From NCBI GenBank assembly GCA_963665275.2, contig CAXXIN010000004.1, forward strand, positions 64,001 to 128,000: 64,000 nucleotides of DNA, read 5' to 3'. Positions 38,368 to 50,872 of this stretch are shown here, one piece after another. Under the pieces are notes generated by a model. It worked only from the letters and a program-made list of their open reading frames with translations. It was not told where the DNA came from and searched no databases. Each line of letters opens with the position of its first letter. The stretch's first letter is position 1. Origin of the DNA: Negativicutes bacterium (GTDB lineage: Bacteria; Bacillota; Negativicutes; UBA1444). The position numbers and the translations under genes were made by a program.

Positions 38368-40977
38368 CTATTTCACTTGTTTTTCCAAAATCCCGTTCAC
38401 GAGCGCCAACGCAGTTTCCAGCTTTTCCGGATTTTTGCCGCCAGCCTGCGCCATTTCCGGTCGTCCGCCGCCGCCACCACCAGCAGCAGCCGAGACTTCA
38501 CGGACGATATTTCCAGCGTGAACGCCGCGCGCTACCGCATCTTTTCCAGCCATTGCAACGAAATTCACTTTGTCGCCGACAACGGCGCCCAGAACAACAA
38601 CGCCTGCCGTCAGACCATCCCGGATCCGGTCGGCGATCGAACGCAACTCGTCCATATCCGGTGCATTCACTTTGGCTGCAACATATTGCACGCCCTTCAC
38701 TTCTTTGATTTGCTGCAACAGCTCCTGTACGATCCCTTGAGAAAGCTTCATTTGCAATGCCGAAAGCTCTTTTTCCAGTTCACGCACATGACCGAGGGAT
38801 TGCTCCAGGCGGACAACTAATTCTTCAGGCCGGGTCTTCAAAAGCTGAGCCGCATTTTCCAAAACAGCTTCCCGCTGATTGAAGTACTCCAGCGCAGCCA
38901 GACCGGTTACTGCTTCAATACGGCGCAGCCCCGAGCCCACACTGGACTCGGCAACAATCTTGAACTGACCGATTTCGCCGGTTGAACCAACATGGGTTCC
39001 ACCGCACAGTTCTTTGGATATATCACCTACAACAACAACCCGGACTTTGTCGCCGTACTTCTCGCCGAACAGCGCCATGGCGCCCATTTGCTTCGCCATT
39101 TCCTGGGTAGTTTCGATCGTGCCGATGTTGGTATCAGTCAGGATCGCTTTGTTGACGGCTAACTCCACTGCCGTGATTTCCGCCGGCGTCATCGCCGTGA
39201 AATGGGAAAAGTCGAATCGCAGTCGATCAGGGCCAACATAGGATCCAGCCTGGTTCACATGGGTCCCCAGAATCTCACGTAGCGCCGCCTGCAACAGATG
39301 GGTCGCGCTATGATTACGGGCACTGGCCGAACGGCGGACCTGATCCAGTTCAATATTTACACTGTCGCCCTGTTTGAGGAATCCTTCCGTAACATGGCCC
39401 AGATGATAGACCGTCCCATCAGGCAATTTGCGTGCTGCTGTGACTTCCACTTTTCCCAGGGGGCCTGTTAGGACGCCTACATCGCCGACCTGTCCGCCGC
39501 CTTCCGCATAAAAGGGAGTAACATCGAGAACCACGGCGACTTCTTCCCCATCACGTGATTCTTCAACAATGCGTCCTTCACGGAACAGGCACACCACTCT
39601 GCCGCTGCTCGCCGAGGAATCCACACGAAGCTGGTCGGTTCCAAAACTCGACAGGTCAGGAATCACCACTGCCGCTGCAGCTTCCTGACGGGCGGAACGC
39701 GCACGTTCCCGTTGTTCCTTCATCGCCTGGTCGAATCCGGCTTTGTCCAGTTGCAATCCTTGTTCAGACAATATTTCATCGGTAAGCTCCCAAGGGAACC
39801 CAAAAGTATCATATAGTTTAAAGGTGACCGCTCCATCGAGAACTTTGCCGCCGTCCGCAATGAGGGTTTCGATCTGCTGGTTCAGCAGTTCTGTTCCCTG
39901 GGCCAGCGTTTCACCGAAACGTGCTTCTTCCAGTTGGAATATCTTCTTGATGTACTCTCGCTTCTCACCAATATCCGGGTAAGGCTGACGGAAAATCTCC
40001 GCCACCACATCCACGGTATCACCCAAAAAGGCTTTTTCAATTCCGAGCAGGCGTCCATGCCGGACGGCGCGGCGCAGCAAACGGCGGAGGACATAGCCCC
40101 GTCCTTCATTGGACGGTAAAATCCCATCCGATATCATCACGGTAACGCTGCGCGCATGATCGGCAATGACTTTCAGCGAAACATCGGTCCGGGCGTCCTT
40201 GCCATATTCGACGCCTGCCACTTTCATCGCATGCTCAATGATGGGAAACAGCAAATCCGTTTCAAAATTTGACTTCTTGTTCTGCAACACCGAAGCGATT
40301 CGCTCCAGCCCCGCCCCGGTATCGATATTTTTTTTGGCCAGCGGGGAATACTTGCCGGCATCATCCCTGTCAAACTGAGTAAAGACCAGGTTCCAGATTT
40401 CGAGGTAGCGGTCGCAGTTGCAACCAACCGCGCAATCAGGTTTGCCGCATCCGCGCTCCTCGCCCAGGTCCACATATATTTCCGAACAGGGACCGCAGGG
40501 GCCCGTGCCAATTTCCCAGAAATTATCTTCCATCCGGATAATCCGCTCCGGCGGCAGACCGATGTCCTTGTTCCAGATTTCAAATGCTTCGTCATCGTCG
40601 GTGTAAATAGTAATCCAAAGTTTATCCGGCGCTAGTCCCAATTCTTTGGTCACGAATTCCCAGGCCCAGGCAATGGCTTCCTTCTTAAAATAATCCCCGA
40701 ACGAAAAATTACCCAACATTTCAAAGAAAGTGTGATGACGCGCCGTTCGGCCGACATTTTCAATATCCCCCGTACGAATGCAGCGTTGTGAAGTCACGAT
40801 CCGCAAATGGGGCGGTTTCATTTTTCCAGTAAAAAAAGGCTTGAACGGAGCCATACCGGCGCCAATCAAAAGCAAACTCGGGTCATTATCAGGAACAAGC
40901 GGCGCGCTGGGCAGAATCAGATGGTCCTTGCCAGCAAAAAATTGCAGATATTTTTGTCTCAGTTCATTTCCGGTCAT
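38368..40977 (-). CDS. alaS: Alanine--tRNA ligase
   Basis: RHHTFFEMLGNFSFGDYFK, GPCGPCSEI, NHSATHLL, ELCGGTH, GGGGGR. Confidence 0.98.
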   Translation of the reverse strand: MTGNELRQKYLQFFAGKDHLILPSAPLVPDNDPSLLLIGAGMAPFKPFFTGKMKPPHLRIVTSQRCIRTGDIENVGRTARHHTFFEMLGNFSFGDYFKKEAIAWAWEFVTKELGLAPDKLWITIYTDDDEAFEIWNKDIGLPPERIIRMEDNFWEIGTGPCGPCSEIYVDLGEERGCGKPDCAVGCNCDRYLEIWNLVFTQFDRDDAGKYSPLAKKNIDTGAGLERIASVLQNKKSNFETDLLFPIIEHAMKVAGVEYGKDARTDVSLKVIADHARSVTVMISDGILPSNEGRGYVLRRLLRRAVRHGRLLGIEKAFLGDTVDVVAEIFRQPYPDIGEKREYIKKIFQLEEARFGETLAQGTELLNQQIETLIADGGKVLDGAVTFKLYDTFGFPWELTDEILSEQGLQLDKAGFDQAMKEQRERARSARQEAAAAVVIPDLSSFGTDQLRVDSSASSGRVVCLFREGRIVEESRDGEEVAVVLDVTPFYAEGGGQVGDVGVLTGPLGKVEVTAARKLPDGTVYHLGHVTEGFLKQGDSVNIELDQVRRSASARNHSATHLLQAALREILGTHVNQAGSYVGPDRLRFDFSHFTAMTPAEITAVELAVNKAILTDTNIGTIETTQEMAKQMGAMALFGEKYGDKVRVVVVGDISKELCGGTHVGSTGEIGQFKIVAESSVGSGLRRIEAVTGLAALEYFNQREAVLENAAQLLKTRPEELVVRLEQSLGHVRELEKELSALQMKLSQGIVQELLQQIKEVKGVQYVAAKVNAPDMDELRSIADRIRDGLTAGVVVLGAVVGDKVNFVAMAGKDAVARGVHAGNIVREVSAAAGGGGGGRPEMAQAGGKNPEKLETALALVNGILEKQVK

Positions 40978-41018
40978 GCTATAACCTCCAATTGGCTAAT
41001 AGAGCGCATTCTCAACGA

Positions 41019-41048
41019 ATTATACACAATTTTAAGAACCCTTGTCAA
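41019..41048 (-). promoter_or_regulatory. Consensus sigma-A promoter of alaS
   Basis: TTGACA-N18-TATAAT, about 40 nt upstream of the ATG. Confidence 0.75.
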
Positions 41049-41140
41049 TTTATCAACCGCAACGAATTCCATCATTTTAAGCGCTTGCATCAGGGGTATT
41101 GCCGCCACATGTCACGTGCGAAAGTTGAAGACGATGTTGT

Positions 41141-41187
41141 ACGAAATGGTACGACCCCCTCTTAAAAAGGAGGTCGTACCATTTCGT
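41141..41187. terminator. Strong hairpin after katG (probable terminator)
   Basis: 16-bp perfect inverted repeat ACGAAATGGTACGACC...GGTCGTACCATTTCGT. Confidence 0.65.
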
Positions 41188-41264
41188 TCGATTGACCACT
41201 CTTTTAAGCAAAACACCTAAATCATTTAAATGAATATCAAAAACAGAGTCGTTCCGGATAGCCT

Positions 41265-43546
<2,282 letters not shown>

Positions 43547-43615
43547 TTGCAGAAAGCAGATTATGTTTCTGGGTGATCTCGGCCGAAAAAGCGGGGCTTG
43601 CATCAACAAATCACA

Positions 43616-45220
43616 TCATTCCGCTTCAAACACCTTGTTTCGCCCTTCTCTTTTGGCACGGTACAGCGCATTATCGGCGCGAACCATCAGTTCGGACAGC
43701 GACTCAGCAGTCGCACGATATTGCGCCACCCCAACACTCACACGCAGCGGGATTCGCCTTCCGTCATCGTTAACGAAGGGGTTGTCGTAAATACTCTGAC
43801 GCAATCGTTCGGCAACGCTCACCGCTTCGGCAGCGCCAAGTTCCAGCAACAGTATCGCGAACTCCTCTCCACCGAAACGACCGAACAGATCAGTGTCACG
43901 GATGACTTCACTGCATAGGCGGGTAATCCACTGTAGCACGGAATCGCCCACGGCATGACCATAATTATCATTCACCTGTTTAAAATGATCGACATCGACC
44001 ATCAGCAGGGAGCAACATCCGCCATAACGTTGAATCCTTTGCAACTCTTCATTGGCCCGCGTCCAGAAATAACCTCGGTTGAAAATACCAGTTAGTCCAT
44101 CGGTGGTAGCCTGCATTTGCAGTTTCTGCTCCAACAATTTTCTCTCAGTGATATCGCGCGTGACGCCGTGCAAACCGACCAAATTGCCATGGATATCATG
44201 GTGGGGCTCCACATTGATTTCCACCCAGACCCAGCTGCCATCTTTGCAACTTAGCTCTAATTCGTATCGAATTGTGCCTGTTTTTTTACCCGTTTGCTCT
44301 TCTGCCAGCCGCTCGGCGTTTTTCTGTTTGACATGCTCAATACCTTCAGGTTTTAAATGACTCCAAATAGTCGTACCGAGCACTTCGTCTATCCGGTGTC
44401 CGGTCAGTCGTTCATCGGCCGGACTGATATAATCAAATCGGAAATCACCGTCAAGGTGCCAGATGACGTCGCTGGCATTGTCCGTCATATTACGGAATTT
44501 TTCCTCACTCTCGCGCAGTCTGTCGAGGGCCCTTTTTCGTTCAATCGCCATAGCAACTTGCGCCGCAATGATCGATAACACCTCAACATCTCCATGCTGG
44601 ATTCGTTGCTTCTCGCTCGTCAAAATCAGCCCCAGCGTACCAAACGGTTTTCTGTGTGAGTCGAACAATGGAGCGCCCAAGTAGTGGCTGACCTGTCCCC
44701 TCCCCAATGTATACTCGACAGTTTCAAGCAATCGCTCCATCTCTGTTGGTGTTACGTGAACTGCCTGTCCCAACTGCATCACATACTCGGTAATGCCTTT
44801 GCCGACTGGCCGGCGATCTGGCATGAACTTGGCTTCATCGGCGCGATAGGCGATCACAATTTCATTGGCCGCTTCATCCAGCAGACTAATGTGGAACAGG
44901 GTTGCCGGTAATATGCGGCCGATGATCCGATGCACCATTCGATACAGTTCCTCTGCCGATACGGTTGAAATCGCCGCCTCGGCAATTTCGCACAAGACGC
45001 TCTGAACATCGGCACTGCGGCGCAAGGCGGCCTCTATTTCATACTGTTTGCGCAGTTGCCACCAAAACGCCAAAAACAGGCATCCAATAACGATCGGAAT
45101 TCCCCACTGTGATTGGTTTCCAGCCAACACAAAAGAAAGGGCGCATAATAAGGCGCCCACGCTAAGGAGAACTATGGATAGTATCCAGAACATTCTTGCC
45201 GACTTGAATTTTTGCACCAA
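43616..45220 (-). CDS. Diguanylate cyclase (2 TM-GAF-PAS/PAC-GGDEF)
   Basis: TDGLTGIFNR, DVDHFKQVNDNYGH, I-site RDTD, RFGGEEF, ADNALYRAK. Confidence 0.94.
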   Translation of the reverse strand: MVQKFKSARMFWILSIVLLSVGALLCALSFVLAGNQSQWGIPIVIGCLFLAFWWQLRKQYEIEAALRRSADVQSVLCEIAEAAISTVSAEELYRMVHRIIGRILPATLFHISLLDEAANEIVIAYRADEAKFMPDRRPVGKGITEYVMQLGQAVHVTPTEMERLLETVEYTLGRGQVSHYLGAPLFDSHRKPFGTLGLILTSEKQRIQHGDVEVLSIIAAQVAMAIERKRALDRLRESEEKFRNMTDNASDVIWHLDGDFRFDYISPADERLTGHRIDEVLGTTIWSHLKPEGIEHVKQKNAERLAEEQTGKKTGTIRYELELSCKDGSWVWVEINVEPHHDIHGNLVGLHGVTRDITERKLLEQKLQMQATTDGLTGIFNRGYFWTRANEELQRIQRYGGCCSLLMVDVDHFKQVNDNYGHAVGDSVLQWITRLCSEVIRDTDLFGRFGGEEFAILLLELGAAEAVSVAERLRQSIYDNPFVNDDGRRIPLRVSVGVAQYRATAESLSELMVRADNALYRAKREGRNKVFEAE

Positions 45221-45255
45221 AATCCCTGCTCTTCTATCAAATATGCTAATAGATG

Positions 45256-45285
45256 TTATTCTCTACAAGTTTTTCAAATTCCTTT
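45256..45285 (-). promoter_or_regulatory. Sigma-H-like promoter of the diguanylate cyclase
   Basis: AAAGGAATT...AGAGAATA (AGGA-N18-GAAT). Confidence 0.55.
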
Positions 45286-45438
45286 CTATTATATATTTGC
45301 CTTCTGTTGAGCAGGGTGTCAGCGGTTAAGTGAAACTGCATAATAACGGCGACTATAAAAATAATTATTCGGTGGGAACGCAACATTGACCGTTTTTATT
45401 TGCAATGGGTTATTGCTCTTTGTGGTTCCAAATTGTCC

Positions 45439-46248
45439 CTAAATCGCCGTCAGGTTCCCGCTTCGCCTTTGTCGCGCCACATTCACGAAATATGCATCCA
45501 ACGCTTCGCCATATTCCGGCAGAAACCCCATTTTCGCGCCGCTCTTGTCGTCTTCTGTCAGGATGATGATGCGTTCGTTGGCTGCTAGTCCCTTCAAAAT
45601 GCCTTGCGCCGATTCTTTGGGTGTGATAGCACTGGCCGGGGCTCCGCCCGCCTTATCCCAGAGGGGGGTAGCGACGGTACCGGGAATAACGGTGGAAAGA
45701 CGGATATTATCGTCCCACAGTTCGCTGCGCAGCGAGCTGGTAAAGGCCAGAAGCGCCGCTTTTGTAGCGCTGTACATGGTTTGGTTAGGCATCGGCGAGA
45801 ACGCGATGCCCGATGCGGTGTTGGCGATGTGGCCGCCCCCCTGAGCGCGCATGATCGGCAGCACCGCACGAACCCCGTACAGAGCGCCATAAAAGTTGAC
45901 GTCAAAAGCAAACTTCCAGCCTGCATCGGTGGTGTCATCGAAGGGCTTCGCCAGTCCCAGACCCGCGTTGTTGAAAAGAAGGTCGACATGCCCTGACCCG
46001 AACTCCGTTGCCTTTTGGATCAGGGAGAAGACGCTCTCTTTGCTGGTGATGTCGGTATGGACGCCCAGCACTTTTCCCGGATAGGCGCCTTCGAGCCGGG
46101 CACATTCCGCCTTTAACTTGTCGTTGTTGAGGTCAGCCAGAACCACAGCCTTCGCCTCAAGGGAGAGCATTTCTTCGCAAAGTGCAAGGCCTATGCCCGA
46201 TGCTCCGCCCGTGACAACAGCAACTTTGTTTTCAAAATACGCTTTCAT
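45439..46248 (-). CDS. Short-chain dehydrogenase/reductase
   Basis: TGGASGIG, NNAG, YSATK; ATG 46248 follows AAGGAGG. Confidence 0.92.
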   Translation of the reverse strand: MKAYFENKVAVVTGGASGIGLALCEEMLSLEAKAVVLADLNNDKLKAECARLEGAYPGKVLGVHTDITSKESVFSLIQKATEFGSGHVDLLFNNAGLGLAKPFDDTTDAGWKFAFDVNFYGALYGVRAVLPIMRAQGGGHIANTASGIAFSPMPNQTMYSATKAALLAFTSSLRSELWDDNIRLSTVIPGTVATPLWDKAGGAPASAITPKESAQGILKGLAANERIIILTEDDKSGAKMGFLPEYGEALDAYFVNVARQRRSGNLTAI

Positions 46249-46482
46249 GTCATACGCCTCCTTCGTTCTATTCCAGCACACGCGCCAGGGAACCCTTAAA
46301 GACAACGGCCCCTTCCACCATCCTCGCCGGTCCCCTTTCGAGAATAGGTAACTCGGCAAGCGCCTTGATGATGTGCGCCTGTTTCGGGTTTTGTAGCCAT
46401 TACAATGCGGTCCATTGAACCGAGCCTTTCCCTATCCATGCTCTGATCACCTCGCAGTCCTGTGGAAAGAGGATGGGCTGGC

Positions 46483-47727
46483 TTACGGAACTTTCGACGC
46501 TTCTTTGCCAAGAGCGGCAATAGCAACCAAAAGACGAAGCAGATACAGGAGAACGCCACCGTTTGCAGCGAGGATTGCGCCGATGACGAATCCGGGAACT
46601 ATGCCCGGAACGAGCATTGAAGTACCGAACATGATCGAAAGCAGATTCAGAGTCAGCTGGGTGAGAGAGAGCTTCTGTAACAGGGGATGGGCAGCACTTT
46701 TATTTGTTGATTTGCCGGAAAGGAGCAGTCGATACCCCAGCGGAATAATTCCACCGATGATATTGAGCACGCCCACGAGGAGAGTCAACGGAGCAACCAA
46801 TACGTTGGGAATGACGCAAGAGACGATACCCAACGCCGCAAACAAAACCCCGCAGACAACCATGAGCAATGAGCGATGGGGAAATGGGCCGATGGGTGTG
46901 TTGCCTGATGCAAGCATCTGAATTGCAAAAATGATCATTAGCAAACCTAGTTGCGCGTTTTCCGCAAAGGGGAGCAACCCGAAATTCACAGGGATCAGCA
47001 ACGTTCCCAGCAGAATCATGAAAACGCTGGTAAGCAACAGCATGGAGTGGTCGAAGGAGAAGCTGATTTGGTCGTTGCCGGATGACTCTGCCTCGGGATA
47101 GGCGCGATAAACCAGCCGCAGTATGCCAGCAAGGTAAATGACCGCAACGCCGAACAGAAGCATGATCGTCGCCGTGATGGATGTTGGCAGTGGTGGTTGT
47201 GTCCAGAGCAGGAATCCGGCAAATATCGACAGCCCATATACGCTCACGCAGGCGAAAAGCAGGTGGCGAAAAGCCCCCCCGAATTGCATCCACGTACTAA
47301 TCTTGGTTTTATCAAGGTACGCCTGCAGAAGTTGCAATATCCCCCCCAGACCGAAGCAAACGAAGAGTAACCTGCGAGGAAGTGGGCCAAAAAGCCCAGG
47401 GATAAAACAAGTGATGATACCGATAGCGGCGATAGCGACGCCGAAAAAAAGCAAAGGTTTTGATCGGCGCATGTCGCCGAAGGGGGTTTTCCCCAAAGTG
47501 ATTGTTTGCAAAGCGAAAACGACCAGCATTAATCCAAAAAACCCGTTTTCGTAGTAGGGAAGCCTTCCAGCTGAGACGAAAAAAAGCAGAACTCCGGTAA
47601 CCGACAGAGCCATGCCTCCGATCAACAGGATGACGCTTTCCAGAGGAAGATCCGCGTCCCCAAACAAGAATCGATCAAGCTTTTTGAATAACGCATATGT
47701 CTGATAAGTCTTTTTCATGCTTACCAC
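46483..47727 (-). CDS. Uncharacterised polytopic membrane protein with internal duplication
   Basis: About 12-14 hydrophobic segments; two homologous halves. Confidence 0.75.
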   Translation of the reverse strand: MVSMKKTYQTYALFKKLDRFLFGDADLPLESVILLIGGMALSVTGVLLFFVSAGRLPYYENGFFGLMLVVFALQTITLGKTPFGDMRRSKPLLFFGVAIAAIGIITCFIPGLFGPLPRRLLFVCFGLGGILQLLQAYLDKTKISTWMQFGGAFRHLLFACVSVYGLSIFAGFLLWTQPPLPTSITATIMLLFGVAVIYLAGILRLVYRAYPEAESSGNDQISFSFDHSMLLLTSVFMILLGTLLIPVNFGLLPFAENAQLGLLMIIFAIQMLASGNTPIGPFPHRSLLMVVCGVLFAALGIVSCVIPNVLVAPLTLLVGVLNIIGGIIPLGYRLLLSGKSTNKSAAHPLLQKLSLTQLTLNLLSIMFGTSMLVPGIVPGFVIGAILAANGGVLLYLLRLLVAIAALGKEASKVP

Positions 47728-47731
47728 CTTA

Positions 47732-48400
47732 TCAGTAGGTTTGCAAAAGGTTACTGCTCCAAGAAAGGATTTTATCGTAATATAAGGCTAAGTCTACCCC
47801 ATCCATTGCGGTTAGCTTCTTTCTATCAATACAAATATTCAGCATCTCTTTATCTATCCCATTTAGATGCTTTTCCAAATCTGTCTTGCTGCCTATATAT
47901 TGATTTGTTTCATCAAAGTATTTAGCTTGCAAAATAAAAAATGCCGACTTGTAAAGTGCCGATAACATTTCGGCACTTTCTTCATAGATGAAATTATGGC
48001 AGCACGCATGATACAAATTGCACGCACCTATTTTTATCGCACGATTAACATCCTCTTTGTTAACAAGTAACAGTAAATAGTCTATGCTGCCGTAGATTGG
48101 TCGCGTGTCATAATAGAATTGAAATAATTCAGATTTTTCCCAACTAGAAATTTCACTTTGTCCGGAAATAAATCCGCAAGCTTTTTCCTTATAAGGCATT
48201 TGGGATATTATAGCTCGATATTTTTTCAGTTCTTTCATTGTTAGTTCATTCAGGATAACTACAATATCTATATCACTGCTATCACTTGCTTCTTTTCGTT
48301 TGTAGCTTCCTTGCAAGCCGATAAAAGTAACCCTATCTCCATATTCATTTTTTATTTTTATTACAAGTTCATCTATCCAATCATCTATAAAGAAGGCCAT
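47732..48400 (-). CDS. Pol-beta-superfamily nucleotidyltransferase domain protein
   Basis: LQGSYKRKEASDSSDIDIVV; ATG 48400 follows GAGGTG. Confidence 0.85.
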   Translation of the reverse strand: MAFFIDDWIDELVIKIKNEYGDRVTFIGLQGSYKRKEASDSSDIDIVVILNELTMKELKKYRAIISQMPYKEKACGFISGQSEISSWEKSELFQFYYDTRPIYGSIDYLLLLVNKEDVNRAIKIGACNLYHACCHNFIYEESAEMLSALYKSAFFILQAKYFDETNQYIGSKTDLEKHLNGIDKEMLNICIDRKKLTAMDGVDLALYYDKILSWSSNLLQTY

Positions 48401-48631
48401 CTTTTCACCTCGCAATTTGTAATACATGCATCCAAACAAGAATACCGACAGCGCCAAAAGCCAAAATAAAGAAAGTGCGCTCCTTGACTCGTCACTTGTT
48501 TCTCTTAGCCCGCCGGATGACTCACCCCTCAGCGGTGCAAAACTGATTGGCACAAACACGCACTCACCTCCCAATGGGGAGGTCATTTATTTTTTCTATC
48601 TTTACTCTTCATTGACCGCCTTTCGTGATTT

Positions 48632-49063
48632 TCATAATATAAGCATATCGTTCTTGTCGAATGACCAGTTCGGGTTATATGCGACCTCCCAATAATAGCC
48701 GTTCGGGTCGGCGAAATATCCGCTGTACCCTCCCCAGAAAACTTTTTGCGGCTCCTTGGCGATAATCGCACCCGCTTTTTCCGCAAGTTCCATAACTTCG
48801 TGCACCTCGGCCTCGCTTTTCACGTTGTACGCCAGTGTAATCCCGGCGAATCCTGCGGCAATCTGCGGCGGATTTTTCTCATTAATATCCTCTGCGAGAA
48901 GCTTAAGCGGATACAGTTCAAACTTTGTACCGGTAGTATTAAAGAAAATTACTTTCGGGTTATTTTCTTTTTCATCGGTGGCAAAATCAAGCCCATCGCG
49001 ATAAAAACAGATGGACTGCCCCATATCCTTTACGCCAAGGCAAATAATGCTGATTCTGTTCAT
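48632..49063 (-). CDS. VOC/glyoxalase family protein
   Basis: IICLGVKD, GITLAYNV, FWGGYSGYFADPNGYYWEV. Confidence 0.92.
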   Translation of the reverse strand: MNRISIICLGVKDMGQSICFYRDGLDFATDEKENNPKVIFFNTTGTKFELYPLKLLAEDINEKNPPQIAAGFAGITLAYNVKSEAEVHEVMELAEKAGAIIAKEPQKVFWGGYSGYFADPNGYYWEVAYNPNWSFDKNDMLIL

Positions 49064-49197
49064 GATGAATCTCTCCTTTACCTTATACCCGACATACCCG
49101 ACTGAATTATCAAAAAGATCGATCAATATCCGCTAATTGCCGTCTACTTTCAGCGTGTTTGCTTTTTATTAAAATCAGCTATGGTAGATCAAATGCA

Positions 49198-50640
49198 TTA
49201 CCATTCTTGCTTGGCTTCGTTCAATAGCTGTTTCTTCAGGGCAAGCAACTTATCGCTTAAATCAACCCGCATCTGTTCTGGATTGGTCAGTCGTTTATGT
49301 TCGTCCCAGAGCGTTTCCATTTCCGATTGAGCGTACGCCTTGATTTCTGGCAAAGACGGTTGTTTATAAACGCAACTACCGTTTTGGAAAATGGGAACCA
49401 GCATTTCCCTAAGCTCGTAGGATTCAGCGGGAAGAACAATCTTTTTCCAGGCATGGGTTTCATCCGATAACAGTAACGCCTTGTCGCTGTCCAGCGTTTC
49501 ATTTGCCAGCGTAATCAAATCTGCTTTAATTTTCCCCTGCTGATAGACCCGGTAAAGTTTTTTCAAGCCCGGATTGGTCATTTTTTCTACGTTGTCAGAA
49601 ATTTTCATCTTGGGCACCATCTGGTCGGCCTCAAATTCAGCCGCGAGTTTATAAACCCCGCCCATGGACGAGGTGCCATCTGAGGTAATCAATTTGGTCC
49701 CCACACCCCAAACCCTTATTTTTGCGTCTTGCATCTTGAGATCCCGAATAATATGTTCATCCAGATCATTTGAGCCGCTGATCACGGCCTCTTGCATGCC
49801 AGCCTCATCAAGCGCTTTCCTTGCTTCTTTTGATAAATAAGCCAAATCACCGCTGTCAAAACGGATTCCATACTTGCCAAACTTGACGCCGCTATCCATT
49901 AACTCTTTAAATACGGCGATCGCGTTGGGAACTCCGCTGCGCAGCGAATTATAAGTATCTACCAATAGTATGGCATTACCGGGATATTGCCTGGCATATT
50001 CGCGAAATGCGTCGATTTCAGTTGGAAAACTCATGACCCAGCTGTGCGCCATTGTACCTGCCACTGGAATGCCAAACATCTTGCCAGCCATCACGTTGGA
50101 TGTAGCATCAAATCCGCCAATCACCGCAGCTCTGGCGCCATAGATGCCAGCATCAGCTCCATGGGCGCGACGCAAACCAAATTCCATCAGCAAATCATCT
50201 GGGGCAACCGTTCTGATCCGGCTAGCCTTCGTACAAATAAGGCTTTCATGGTTAAGAAACATCGACAGCGCAGTTTCGATCAATTGCGCTTCCATAAAAT
50301 TCGCTTGCACAATTAACAGGGGTTCACCCGGGAAGACCACAGTTCCTTCCGGAATTGACCATATGTCGCCCGTAAAACGAAAATGTAACAAGTAATTTAA
50401 AAATTCTTCTTTGAATATCCCGAGTGAACGCAGATAATCGATATCTTCGGCATTAAAAAATAATTCTTGAATGTACTGTATCACATGCTCCAGTCCGACA
50501 AAAACCGTATACCCGCCGTGATATGGATTTCCCCGGTAAAAACGGTCAAATACAGCCCGGACATTTGCCTTGCCGGCAAAGTACCATCCCTGCATCATTG
50601 TGAGCTCATATAGGTCTGTTAGTAATGTAAGATGTCTCAT
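49198..50640 (-). CDS. pncB: Nicotinate phosphoribosyltransferase
   Basis: LLTDLYELTM, EFGLRRAHG, GTMAHSW, LVDTY, RFDSGDL, GVYKL. Confidence 0.95.
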   Translation of the reverse strand: MRHLTLLTDLYELTMMQGWYFAGKANVRAVFDRFYRGNPYHGGYTVFVGLEHVIQYIQELFFNAEDIDYLRSLGIFKEEFLNYLLHFRFTGDIWSIPEGTVVFPGEPLLIVQANFMEAQLIETALSMFLNHESLICTKASRIRTVAPDDLLMEFGLRRAHGADAGIYGARAAVIGGFDATSNVMAGKMFGIPVAGTMAHSWVMSFPTEIDAFREYARQYPGNAILLVDTYNSLRSGVPNAIAVFKELMDSGVKFGKYGIRFDSGDLAYLSKEARKALDEAGMQEAVISGSNDLDEHIIRDLKMQDAKIRVWGVGTKLITSDGTSSMGGVYKLAAEFEADQMVPKMKISDNVEKMTNPGLKKLYRVYQQGKIKADLITLANETLDSDKALLLSDETHAWKKIVLPAESYELREMLVPIFQNGSCVYKQPSLPEIKAYAQSEMETLWDEHKRLTNPEQMRVDLSDKLLALKKQLLNEAKQEW

Positions 50641-50872
50641 TCTTATTTTTCACTTCCACTTATTAATATATTCCCTATTTGATTTTCTACCCTTTGCAAC
50701 CCATCTCCTGCAACATCAAGATTGTGGTGAGCAGAATTTTTGGAGCCGAGATGCAAAAAAATTCCCAAATACACATATTTCATTAAACAATAAGGGGCAG
50801 TCTCTACAAAAATCGCCTGAACCGAAGTCCAAGCGAACAGAAACCACCTCTATTCAATTATTCCAAATGACA

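Noticed and set aside
46296-46440. Small ORF between the membrane protein and the SDR
   Set aside because: No recognisable motif and weak start signals.
48401-48586. 62-aa N-terminal extension of the nucleotidyltransferase
   Set aside because: A good RBS precedes ATG 48400 and the base composition changes there; the region is treated as intergenic.
48410-48600. Hammerhead ribozyme or SAM riboswitch
   Set aside because: The core motifs (CUGAnGA...GAAA; AUC.AGA...GCAACC) are not present in the right arrangement.
49085-49102. ATACCCGAC x2 tandem repeat upstream of VOC
   Set aside because: Only two 9-bp copies, which is compatible with chance or a small duplication.
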